From positions 4,268,783-4,332,782 of the forward strand of contig CM082580.2 of NCBI GenBank assembly GCA_040954595.2: a DNA stretch of 64,000 nt. The letters run 5' to 3'. Within the stretch, counting starts at the first letter, position 1. The number at the start of each line of letters is the position of its first letter. Position numbers and translations under genes: made by a program. Source of the DNA: Balanoglossus misakiensis. Its lineage: Eukaryota > Animalia > Hemichordata. Of this stretch, positions 1 to 12,500 are shown one piece after another. The notes beneath the pieces are model-generated. The model did no database searches. It saw only the letters and a program-made list of their open reading frames with translations, and was not told the origin of the DNA.

Positions 1-3000
1 TTGTTTCCTCCAAAAAATATTGTGAGTGATTCTCATTGTGCTAAGTTTTTATTAGTAGTTACAAATATGAAGTGTGGCGTCTAGTGCGCCGCTGAAAGTC
101 TGCCTAGGTCTCAGGTTAACAGCAGGGTGATCTGAATTTGAATCTGTCGCTGAGGACGCTCTGCAATCCTTCCTGTACCAAATAGATTGTAACGACCAGC
201 CATTACCGTTCTGCTTCTGTGACGAAAGTCTTTACAAATAGCCTGGACAGACGCGTTTAACGGTTACATTACAACATTAAAGACTTGAAGATACCATCTT
301 AGGTAGAAAAAATTTGACCCATTTAATTGTGTAGAAAAATGCTGCAATCGTCATGTTGCTTGAAAAAAGAGACTAGAGTTTACCTTCAGAACAGTTAGAA
401 CGAGATAATGTATGTACTAAATATCCCTCCATGACACGAGCACACAGACAGAAATCGGTTCGACATTACCTCACGTAATACGATCAAAAGTGTCTTTAAA
501 AGCGCTTTACACTTCGTCTCAGTGCTCTGTACTGGGCAAGAAACACTAAAGCAATTTCTAAAGAGACGAGATTTCAGGTAGCGTTAAAATACATAATTGA
601 GTAACCCAGCACCATCATATCACCTGTCACCTGAGAGCAGAGAGACATTCCTTGGTTACTATCCCCCATTTTGATACTAAGTGACGAAACTAGTATGAAA
701 GACGTCTCTCTTGGGATTGAAACAAAATAAGGCTTTATGGTACATTGTATTCTCAGGGTAACATGCGTTTACATCTTCATAAGATTCAAACACCATAGAT
801 ACAGAACATGTAGTTACGCAGCCAACATCTGTCGTCCCGAAGAGAGATTATCTCGTCTGCCAAATGACACACAGGCGGAATTCATCAGAAACACCAATAT
901 TTTTTGTTTTCAAGACCCAGATAGACCCGAGTTGTGTAGGTATTATTTGTCAAGCTTTGTATACCGAGACATTGTTTGTGTCATCCCAATATTTGAATTT
1001 CCAGTTTTCTTTGTCAACATGTTTCGAACATGCTTATTTTAGGTCTCGTGTTCCAGTCCATACTTACATTATTTGACTGGATTTTAGATGTTTATTTTGG
1101 GTGGGCAACTATGAGGCTTTACAGCTGCATGTCAAAAGTGCGTTTTATATTTACAGGTTCACACCAGAGTCGTATACTCTCCCCTATCCCTGTACGGGTG
1201 AATATCAAACATAAAAATATACACGTTTTAACAAAATGGAAAAAGTTAGCTTAAAATATTTGTTCAGTGGCAAATATTCTTAAGGTTTCTTATTTATGTA
1301 CCGACGTCAAGGGGTATGCTTCGTTCTCCTAATTAGCTGATTGTAATTAAATATACGTGATACCAGATATTCAACCACAAATTACGGTGTTCGCGCATTT
1401 ACAGTTGCCGCCCTTATAATGAGCTGTCTTGTGATATGATAGTCTCGGTAATACAACAACAACACGGCTGGATTTGACTGTGATAATGTTTGGGGACTCG
1501 TCAAAGTAACCTTTTACTTTGTCTCGATGTCAACACATCTTCTAGACTGCTGCACAAAAGTTAAAACTGGTGACATTAGGGAAATTGGTGCAACAACTTG
1601 GAGTTTGATATAGAAGGCCATTAGAATCATACACAAGCCATGCAATCGGACATGCGTGCGACGTGTGTGTGGGCGTTTAAAAAAACTAGATAAAGCAGTG
1701 GTATTAGGTGCCCTACTTCCGGGTACAAAACCCAGAAACCGGAGCATCTGCCTCGCGCACATCCGAAATCAAAATTCAAAAATATAACAGCTTGTCTGTT
1801 CCAGTATATACACGCGTGAATATCCTTTGTTCAATCAACACACTGTCACGTTCTAATTTAAAACATTTCTGCCAATTTTCACTTTCTTTCCCTATTGCTA
1901 TGAAAAATCTCCATACTAAAACAAATGCTTACAAATCCCTAGGTACTTAATCCTGAGGCATGCGATATGCAAATTACCGAAAGCAGCTGAATTCTGATTT
2001 ATGCAGTCGACATGGTATAGCAAACTTTAAATAAACCGTGTCTTTTTGGACCGCAAAGGAAGCTTTCTCGATAAGGGTTGCACATAGTGTTCAAATTGGC
2101 GTCGGTTCGTACTTGCCAAAAGGTTGTGAGTAACTTAGCGAATAAGTTTGAGTATGAAAAGTACCCTTCCTCACACAGAACGGATATTTGCGCAGACCAT
2201 AAATGGTCAAACTGGATCCTGAAATAAATTTAATGTTATGGTGCATGCCTGTGTATACGTTCGCGCATGCGTGTGATGAAAATTTTCCGGGATAAACTAA
2301 CATGTTGTTGGGTTATAGGGTTCATATTCTTCAATTGGCAATTAGAATGAAGCTTTATATAATTACAATATCATCGCTAGTGTTTGGTCTTTTATCAAAC
2401 TTCTGTCAACACGTATGTCCGACGTATTGTTAGTGCATGTGTATGTATAAGATTCAAATCAAATATTTGCACGATGCCATGAAACTAACTTTGATTATAT
2501 GCAAATTAGATTTTGTACACATAATCAGTCAATAACTTTCAGCCAATCAGAGTCGATGCACATGCACCCGTCCACAATACAATGACAACACAAAGTACCC
2601 TTTGCTCACTCTGTCATGTAGATTGTAACTGACGCAGAGACTCATGCAATCACGAATAATATGACAGACACGATAAATTATATAAACAGATTATATGTCA
2701 AATTAATGTTTTATTTTTCAAAGTTTAAAGATTGAATAAGTACCTGCCTGATAAACACGACTAATAAATTGCTACTTTCGGAACAAATGTTTGTGATACG
2801 AGTCTGATTGGCTAAAAGTTTTGACAATATTTGCATGGTGTCAATGAGCTAACCTTTCGATCGGGGTATATGTAGCACGTTTGATTGCCATTTCTCGGCT
2901 AAGTAAGCAGCGGGTTCACTGAGGTGATTAACGGAGTTTCAACAAAGGGTCAACACATGTCAGCACTGGAAAGTACACCCACATCCCCGCGGAAATATGT

Positions 3001-3028
3001 TAATCGGCTAAAACGGCCGTAAAAAAAC

Positions 3029-3036
3029 TATATAAG
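3029..3036 (+). promoter_or_regulatory. TATA box of the VWD-protein gene
   Basis: TATATAAG about 100 bp upstream of the signal-peptide ATG at 3133; CCAAT boxes at ~2543 (+) and ~2807 (-). Confidence 0.55.
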
Positions 3037-3132
3037 TGCATTGTCCGCACATCGTTTCCTCACAGCAGACCAACAAAAGCCCTCGCCGAAAGAAGACCAT
3101 TCTCTGTAACACATCGAAGAGACGCCATCAAC

Positions 3133-3511
3133 ATGTACATCGCCAAGCCACTGCTTATCTTCGCTGTTCTCATCTGTGCCGACATTACTATTTGTAATGG
3201 CAATGTAAGTATAATGGTTTTATATTGAATGGGGTAATATATATTTAAATGATTTTGTGGGTAGATTTTATATTAAAATTTAGATGCTGTGTAATTGTTC
3301 TTTCTAGCAGGCAAAGACTGAATATAATAGGCCTACTGATAACATTGTAATTGATAAGCACAGATATGATTTTTTTGTCTAATCGGGCGTTCTAAACAAA
3401 ATTCTTCCCCCCCCCCTTCTCTCTCTCTCACTCTGTCTATCTATCTGTCTGTCCCTCTCTCTTTCTCCCACTCTCTCTGTCGGTCTGTCTCTCTCTATGT
3501 CTGTCTGTCTC

Positions 3512-3591
<80 letters not shown>

Positions 3592-5554
3592 CCCCCTCCT
3601 TCTCGCCCCCGCCCTAAACCTCCCAGATTATAAATAGGAATTACCAACAGAAATCGGAGGACACACTGCAGAGGCAATCCAGACGTACGTTAACTACTTT
3701 ACTTACGAATGAGTTTGTATATTTGATTACTTCTCTCTTGCTGTCTGTGGTTGATGCGCATGTATTTCTACATAACAAATGTGTTACATTTAAATAGGTA
3801 AAGCATCTCGTAAAGGAAGTTACCAATCGAAACATATTGAAAGCGTATTTTCTTTATCTCTTCCATGACAAATGTGTACAAGAAAGACGCTGTTGCGAAA
3901 ATGCTTATACATGTACTTTTTGGGATTTTCTTTAACTCGACAGAACAACCAGCTCTCCAGTTTTGCTCGATTTTTAAGATTACCGATAGGTCGGTTTTCA
4001 TGCACCTTTGCGTGGAGAATGTTCAATATTGCATAATTACAGCGAGGAGAGCAGACGGTACATTTGTATACGATTGGCGCATTGATTTCAACCCTGCTGG
4101 CACGTCCTGCAAAGATCTCAAATTAACAGCCTTTAGTAGGGCTCAAGACTACACTATCCAAATAGAATGCTATGACGTGTCTGGTAACTTGGTTGGAGAC
4201 AACACAAAAAACGTACATACCGGTAAGTGGGAGTAGGCCCTATACTTGTGTATAGCAGAAAGCAGTGATAGAAACAACAAAAATGATGCAACAACTATTT
4301 CCATTCACGCAATCAATGCTGTTTAGGAAAAACGAACAGTCAATTAAAATATTGTTTATTGTTATGTGCCCGTAAGGAAATAAAATGTTAATATCTAATT
4401 GTTCAAATTCACATAATTTTTTTCGTTGTCTTCATCCTCAGCGTACACCTGGTGTCCATGGACATGTATTTTCGGTGAACCACACTTCAAAACGTATGAC
4501 AACTTCAAATACAGTTACCAGGGTAACGAGTCCTGTGTAGTGACATTAACAAAGTACTGCGTTGATAACCCAGAGTTCATCGTAGAAGGGAAATTGGAAG
4601 CGTCACCGCTGAGCTCAGAAGAAAAGCCACTGACCAGACTTGGAACCGTCTACATCCACGCATATGGCACCAATGTCACGCTTGTACAGGGATTTGGTGT
4701 GCTTGTAAGTAATTTGCTAATAGAACTGGATGTTTTTACACATGGTCTCAGAATCATACCAACAACTTTGGTGTGAAATTGATGATGAGATGACTGATCC
4801 TGAAGCTGACGATATTAAGAATATTGGATAGCACTTTTACCGATGCTGAAGTTATTGACTTTCGAATCTGATGATGATGACGTTATTGCCTCACAAGAAA
4901 ACGGTTTGCACATACACTTCCGATAACACAGTTTAATGCTCAATGTACAAACCTCACAGCCGTATTTCCAACAGAGAAATTCTCACTTGATTATATTTCA
5001 GGTGAACGGTAGCCTAGTGGAAAGCCTGCCTGAACAAGCTCACACTAACATTTCTATTATGGCCCTGACCTCAGCTTCTAATGACAATAGTGCTTTGACA
5101 AACACAATCAACGTATTCATTGACAACATAGCCATCCTTGAGTACAACGGAAAATACCGAGTGGAGGTCTCCCTCATCAACGACGACTTGCTTGGTGACG
5201 ATACCGTATGCGGACTGTTTGGTACACCAAACAAGCCATATAACCCCGATAACGATTTCCTGAAACCGGACAAAACACTCATAGAAACCTCGAAAGACAA
5301 TGCAGACGAGTTCGGTGACAGTTGGATGAGGTAAAGTGTCTGATCTGCAAATAGTGTGTTCACACCCGTGCCTGAACTGCTAAATTTCAACCAATTACTC
5401 GTGGACCTAAGATTATACATTGTGTATATCTCTCCGGCCAATACTTCATGAGAGTGTTTTCAGATGTGTTTATTATTCAACTCACAATAATCAATGAATG
5501 GACAATATGATTCTCATTCATGTTCTCTTCTTATTTTTCAGATGTCCTGAATAG
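3133..5554 (+). CDS. Secreted single von Willebrand factor type D (VWD) domain preproprotein, 304 aa, 6 coding exons
   Basis: Exons 3133-3204, 3627-3684, 4043-4222, 4442-4704, 5002-5330, 5542-5554 (915 nt, GT-AG, phases compatible). Signal peptide MYIAKPLLIFAVLICADITICNG. VWD hallmarks: CIFGEPHFKTYDNFKYSYQG, VLVNG, VCGLFG...PDNDFLKPD...ADEFGDSW. Ends RCPE*. Confidence 0.85.
3418..3587. repeat. (TC)n/(TCTG)n microsatellite in intron 1
   Basis: Long CT dinucleotide run just upstream of the exon 2 acceptor. Confidence 0.95.
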
Positions 5555-8500
5555 TCTCAACACTGGCGTTGATTATTTGGATGCAATGACAAGAAAGACA
5601 CCAATTGCTTATTATAATTAACTTTCTTTGTTGTTGTTTTTATGGTGGTGGATATGGTGATGATAATCATAATAAAATGTATTAAAATAAAACTTGAAAT
5701 CAACGTCATCAATCTGCATGTAAACATCGATAGATTCGAATCTTGCAAGTACAGAAATATTAATGCTATTTTGGGGTTTATTTATCTTCACGTTTTAAGG
5801 TACTTTTGGAAGTATTGTTTTTTGTGGATCTGTATTTGCAGTCGATCGATCAATCAATCAATCCATCCATCCATCAATCAATCAATCATTGGATTTAATG
5901 TTTTCTGTGTTGAAAGAATGGTTTTGCTGGTAACAATAAATAAAGGGACAAAGTGAAATAATGCGTGTCATGAGATATTTTGTCTGAGAGTGTTTGAGAG
6001 TTTGTGCCAATTGTTGTGTTACACACTACCCCTTTTGATGTCGACTTTGACACAATTTTGTTGTCATTAAAAAAATTTCATGCTGACGGACCCCAAATTT
6101 TCATTCCCAAGTAAAGAGAGAATATCCCGAAATTGGATGGTTCAGATTTTGATTTTTCGAGGCGCATTCGACCTTAAAGACAATTCCCCATTGGCTGCCA
6201 AAGTTTGGCTCTCTAAAGGAAACTGTACGTATACAACTTTTGGGATTTTTTCTTCTCCCCTCCTCCAAAAAATCACCAGAACACAAACAAGTCACTGGAT
6301 ATGATCATTAGTTTATTTTTTTATTTGTAGAAAAAATACTATTCTTTCCATGCATCGTTCTTCATCCAAGTTCGTGCTTTTAGTACACCACTCTTGACTA
6401 ATCTCTCTATATGGTCGACACAAATTAAAGATGGCCGGTTTTTTATGTTTAACGAAATGGAAGTTCATAAGGTCAAGTGATACTGGGTCATTATGAAACT
6501 TTGTAACAATGTGAAAAAAGTTGAATGAGTTTTATATGCTAACTATAAAGACAGAAATGTTTGACCAATGAAAGTCCTGAAATATAGTCAACATATCATT
6601 TCTTCTATCTCTTCAACTACAGTTGAGTTGTCAACTTTTCCCCAGAAATTATTATAATGTGATTTGACACACTAGCACAAGTAAAAACCTATTTAAGGCA
6701 GCCAGAATTTAAAAATTCTCTGATAAAGAATCAAACCTATGAAAATATTTGTTTTTCCCCTTTTATGCAGCATTGTTCACTTTGAATATATCACTTTCAC
6801 ATGACTCTTATTATAAAAATCCACAGTTGGTACTTACAAATAAAAATGTTTTTGAAAAAAAAAAACTGCAGGTAATATGCAGGGCCACTGTCCATAGGAT
6901 GCCAAGCTGACCCGCAACTTCTTCACTACTAAGAGCTTGAACAGAATGATATAAAGAATATCAATTTTGTTTTTAAAAATATGTCACCAAAGCATACATG
7001 TACATGTGATACTGTACCACTCAGAATGGAGAAAAAGTATAGTAGCATTCATGTATTAAGAATTCATGAGAGTTGAGGTAGGTTACATCAATACATGGTA
7101 AGAACAAGTCAAAGTCAGATGGAGAATGCACGCTATATAAAAAGTAGAAAAACAGCAAGTATGGATGTTGAAAATTGTTAAAAAGAGGTAGGTGATAGTG
7201 TCAGTTAAGCTGCACAAATTAAATGATGGTATTGAAATGAGACCACTAATTAGTCTGATAATGCCTTGTATGGATGTTAGCAAGCAATTATTTCAGAGCC
7301 AGCTGTTAGTGTATACTCGATACAACTGTTGGAATCTGCGGACAGTTTTACATGTTACAGACCTTATCTCTTGAATATTATTGCAAGGAAACTGGCCATG
7401 CGTTGTTTTATTGCGGGCATTCCACACAGTGGAAATCATGTACATCTTTTACTCTATAATAATATGCAAGACACTACATGTATTTCAGGAAATCAGTTGT
7501 TCTCACAGAAAACAAATCATTTCTATTATTATTATAGCACATCACTTTAATACAAGAATCTCTAAGAATGTTGGTTCCAGAGTTCAACTTTCATTTTTTC
7601 TGATAAATTCAACATCTGTACTAACCGACCAAGTTTTAGTATTTCAAGTAATATTTATGTGATTTGATTGAGGTAACATGACATCTTCAGGCGAATGATT
7701 AGGAAAGGGCAGTGACCCCCAAGAAAACAGATCAGAACTGAAAGGTTCAGCGCCCTCAATCACCAGAGCTGGATATTGATAATTTTAGATGATATGGATT
7801 GTGTATATTATATTAAGGAATGTAAGTAGTTGTCTATTCTGTGTTTATTATCTGCATCAAAAGGCTACAATCCTGGCTCTGAACTGGTGCGAAAGCTATT
7901 TGAAGGGGTGTTATTGAAAACATTAATGTCTGGCCTGAAACATTTTTCTAGTATTAAAAATGTGTCAATCCACAGTATATGCAAACAGTTGATGTACTCA
8001 ACTTTATATGTGGTTAATTTTAAAAAATAGTATTTTATAGGTGAGTTTTTCCTTTAATGAATGTAAAGAACATTCAATCAATGATACAACTACTCATATG
8101 TTATGTCTTAGATGTAATCTGACCTACCACTTAAACCATGCACTCATCCTATATAGATAACAGGTAACTGCCAGCAAAATACAATCACCAACTCTCTCTT
8201 TTCTTACAAGCTACGGGCACTGTTTCTCAGAATAGAGACAATCCCTCTTACCCCTACCTACCGGTACCCCCCCCCCCCCCCCCCCACCGACTTTTAAATC
8301 TTTGCCATCCAAGTTTGAATCTGGCTATCCGCTACACAACACACATTCTACATAACATCAGGCCAGGTCACAGTGGCCTGGCTAAGCAAGATTACAAGTT
8401 TTCATAGAAATTGTTAGTGTTTTACTCCAGAAACTGAATCATCACATGAACCAACTTACACTTGGAAAACAGCATTTCTACATGATACAATAAAAGTCTC

Positions 8501-9548
8501 ATACTTCAAAAGTATTTGATTAATACATTATATTATTAAATATGATATAAAATTGTAGTAAATGACATTATCTTTGATCGTGAGGTAAAAGACTACATAA
8601 ATACAATATACACAGAATAAAAATGTTAATTTTCATTGCACCTGATTGAAATGGTCAAGGTATGGCTTAAACCTCAAAGCTAAGCAAATGTTTACTTTTA
8701 TGCCCAACACAGGAAAATAAAACTTCCCTAACTTATAAATAAAACCGGTTAAAGACAAAGTCATGTTGATTGTACAGTATACTATGTCAGTTACAAAGCA
8801 AATATTTCACCGAATAGCAAGTAACAAGAATGGTGTGAGTTGGAAAAAGTCCTGAAAAGCCAAAGAAATGGTCCCTTACTGTTTTGTCTAGAGTTTTGCT
8901 TCCGCTTTTATGCACATGAACTTGTTCTTGGACATCTGATAATCAAGACAGTCCAAAAGCCTCTTTCAGCTTGGAGTTTCTGCATCCTCTTATTCTACTT
9001 GTGGAAATGATCAGTCCTCACTTTATACTGGTTCTCCAAAGTTTTAAATGTTAATTGACCTCGGTTGTTAGTATATGAGAACAGCAGCACCTGTGTTTTT
9101 GTCTGCATAGTGGTTGGTTCCATCGTCTTGTAGGCAGCTGGCAGTGGCATATTTGCCTCAGACAGGTTGGGTCAGCTACTGGTATATATATGCTGCCACT
9201 GTCACTTCCAGTACAGTCCCTATGGAAGTTTTGACAATGTTTGAACATTAAATGCCGTTGACTTGCCCATTGCTTTAAGTTCCAACTCTGGCCATAGTAC
9301 ACCCTGATTGGCACAATCTGGCCGTGGCTCAGCATTTCCCCTCCTCTGGTAATACCTCGTTCCACTTATTTTGCATACAGTAGCTGGTGACACTACATTC
9401 TTTACACACAGTAGAGAATTCAAAGAATGCACGATCTTTAGAGCCTACCAGTACTGGTAACACCTACATGTAGTTTCTCTACGCAGTGGTTGAATTGACC
9501 AGCTGATGGAATCAAGCCATCAATATTGCAATCTCTCTTCCGTGAGAG

Positions 9549-12500
9549 TTAGAACGCAAAGTATTCTTCGTCTTTGCTGTTGGTGGGTTGACCGAGTCCC
9601 TCGAAATACTGTGAAAACTGCCAGAGCTGCGAGTCTTTCCTGCTGTTGCAGTGACTCATTCGAAGATTACCGCCGTCAATGGCTGACCCTCTGTCCAAAC
9701 ACAGACCGCTGGCTTGGTGCTTGATCACACCATTCTGAGGAGGAAACAACAAAATGAGTTGCTACTGTTTTTCGCTCTATACTGTATTACCGGTACATCT
9801 TTAAAGGGAATGGGTTGTCGCGCTGCGTGGGTGTCCCCCCTGATGAGAATATGTCCTCCCATACCAGGGCAAACCCCACTGCAGTTGCCACGACCTACTT
9901 GGATCTTCAGTCGCTATCATGCCCAGCCTAGGCTACAGTTGGCTGCTTTGTTCATTCTAAGAATGATCTAATTTCAGGGATTTGTGGATGAATTGTAATG
10001 TTTATAAAAAAACAAATGCGGTGCAACGACCCCTTCGCTTTAATGATAATAAATACACTTCAACCAAAACTATTTTCACTCTCAAACTCCAACACAGAAC
10101 TATTCTGACTTTAAACTCCCACATAGATTTTCTGTTTTCCCTCCCAACTGCAAACTTGCCATACATACCTGCGTATGCTCCCACATCTGATTACCACCCA
10201 ATCCATGGCACTGTTCAAATGATGGCGGTTCTCCAACCTTTTTCTTGGAAACATCCAGACACCACTCTTCATGCCTTATTTCTCCAAGTTTTGTGTACGA
10301 AAATACCTGTCGATAATAAATCAAGACGGCTTAGGAAAGAACTGTTTTTTTTAGATTACCATACATTACAAATCTTAAAATAACATCCTCTTTTTGATTC
10401 TTGACACGGCGGCATCTAAAGTAAACTTTGTCTGCGAACCTACAGGATTATCCCTAACCTACCATAGAGGGCGCTATACTACTAGGCTGGATGCGTAGCT
10501 TTGATTGTCTTTGACTGAAATAATCACTGTCACATACGAAACCAGGGTTTAATTTTGTTGTTGTTCATGGAATAATGCTGTAAATCCTTCCATATTTTGG
10601 TTGCAAACAGCATCTACGAATTTGGGCAATTAATTTACAATTTTCTAATAATTACCTGGTTTCCACCACCACCATGGCATGTATAGACACCAACGGGTTG
10701 CCCCTGTTCTCTCATTAGAGTATCCATGCATAGATTACTGGCCATGTTCCGACACTGTTGGTGAAACACATCAAGTCACACGGTCAGAGTTTTTGAAAGC
10801 AGTCATATACTTTCACAACAATCTAATTTTATGAAACAGTACTGATTATCATTTGTTTAAAGCAATTCGATACGTTTTGTGTCTGAGAAATCTGTTGATA
10901 AAATCCTATTAACATCACAGTCCCCTTTCATGATATCACTATAGAGAGACCGTGTCAACACAAAACACAAGGTACCCTAATACGGTAGTCCTGGAACAAG
11001 GGTAATAAACTTGGAAATAACAACAGGCTTGATATTGCATTCATCTGATGATAGCACTTCACATCAAATTGAGTTGTACAACGGTAATTAACTTTTGCCC
11101 AGTCTTTCTGGCAACTGTAGTGACTACTACATTAATACGGTACTCATGTACTGAAAAACTCTGTGTAATGTTATGATACGGGTATGTAACTGCTTATATT
11201 TATGCATGGGTTTTGTCACATTCCTGTGAAACTCAACATTTGACTTATTTCAGTGGTGATCTTGTGTTCATGGGAACTGACATAATCTTGGGAATAAACT
11301 GATGCATGCACTGCTCCTCTGAAACACAAAGATCATTTTGTTGACAGATGAGGATAATGGAAGAAGGGCAAAAGTTCATCGAGGGTGTGGTTCTTCATGT
11401 AACTGGGTTTCAATATCCTAGAGGTGTTGATGAGCTGCATGGTGGTATGTAATGTTTTGTGATACAACAGTGCATTGTAGTAGTTGTACTTTGTGTCTTG
11501 TGTGTAATTGTGTGGTGTATTATAGTACAGTGTTGTGCTACGTTCTTTTACTGTTACTGTACTGTATGTGGTGCCTTGTAATAATTGAAGCAATAACGTG
11601 TTGTACATACAGATTTCTAATACACAAACACTTCACATCATTGTCTCATTGCCATTGTACATTTGTACCGGGTACACTTTTTCAATTCCCAAAATGTAAA
11701 ATAAACAGTGTCCGCTTCTCCCTTTCAGTCTAATAATTTTGTCACTCTTTCTGGTTTAGTTATTCACCAAGGTATAACACCACTAAGACAACAACTCAAA
11801 GTCTTTTAAAGAAAGTACCAATATGCAATCTACATAGACTGTGACTCAGACCTCTGACACTGTGTGTCCCTCACTATCAAATTTGACCCCAAAGTAATCC
11901 CTAGTTAGCAAGCTGATTTATTGCAGACAAATGACTATACCTCCATTACACAAAGGGTCATTAAAATTGGCCTTTTCATCACAGCATATAGACTTGTGAA
12001 ATGGATAAAGTCACTTAAAAGTTGATACAGATTTCAAGCTGTACCAGATGCATTGTGGGATAGAATACCTCACACTGGCCCGATGTGAGAAAATGTCAAA
12101 ACGTGCCGTACGTCTTATAATAGAAAGTCAGCGTACAAGTTGAAACATGTTCGAGCTCTTAGAGATAAGGCAAAGTTTTAAAATCTCTCCGTGGACATGG
12201 AACAATAAACCTTAATTACCAAATCTGGGTTGCTGGCCTACCCTATCAGATTGCAATCTAAGACAATGCCCACGCAGTAGACCTAGATGCTGCTTATATG
12301 ATCATAAGCATGCAGCACAAATATTAAGTTCAATAAATATACAAGAATTAAGTTCACAAACCCATTACATCAGCTGTGTCTGGTTACATCCATATTCAAC
12401 ATTCACTTGATTTTTTTTTAAATCATAGCCCTAATTATAGTCCTACTGCTGCATTCTGCATCTGAACTTTGACCTGTAAGCTGGTTTTAATATAACCCTC

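Noticed and set aside
737-2303. Short ORFs upstream of the VWD gene
   Set aside because: No homology or exon signature recognised.
3865-4042. N-terminal part of the 123-aa ORF as a gene start
   Set aside because: Intronic read-through; the real exon starts at 4043 in phase with the upstream exons.
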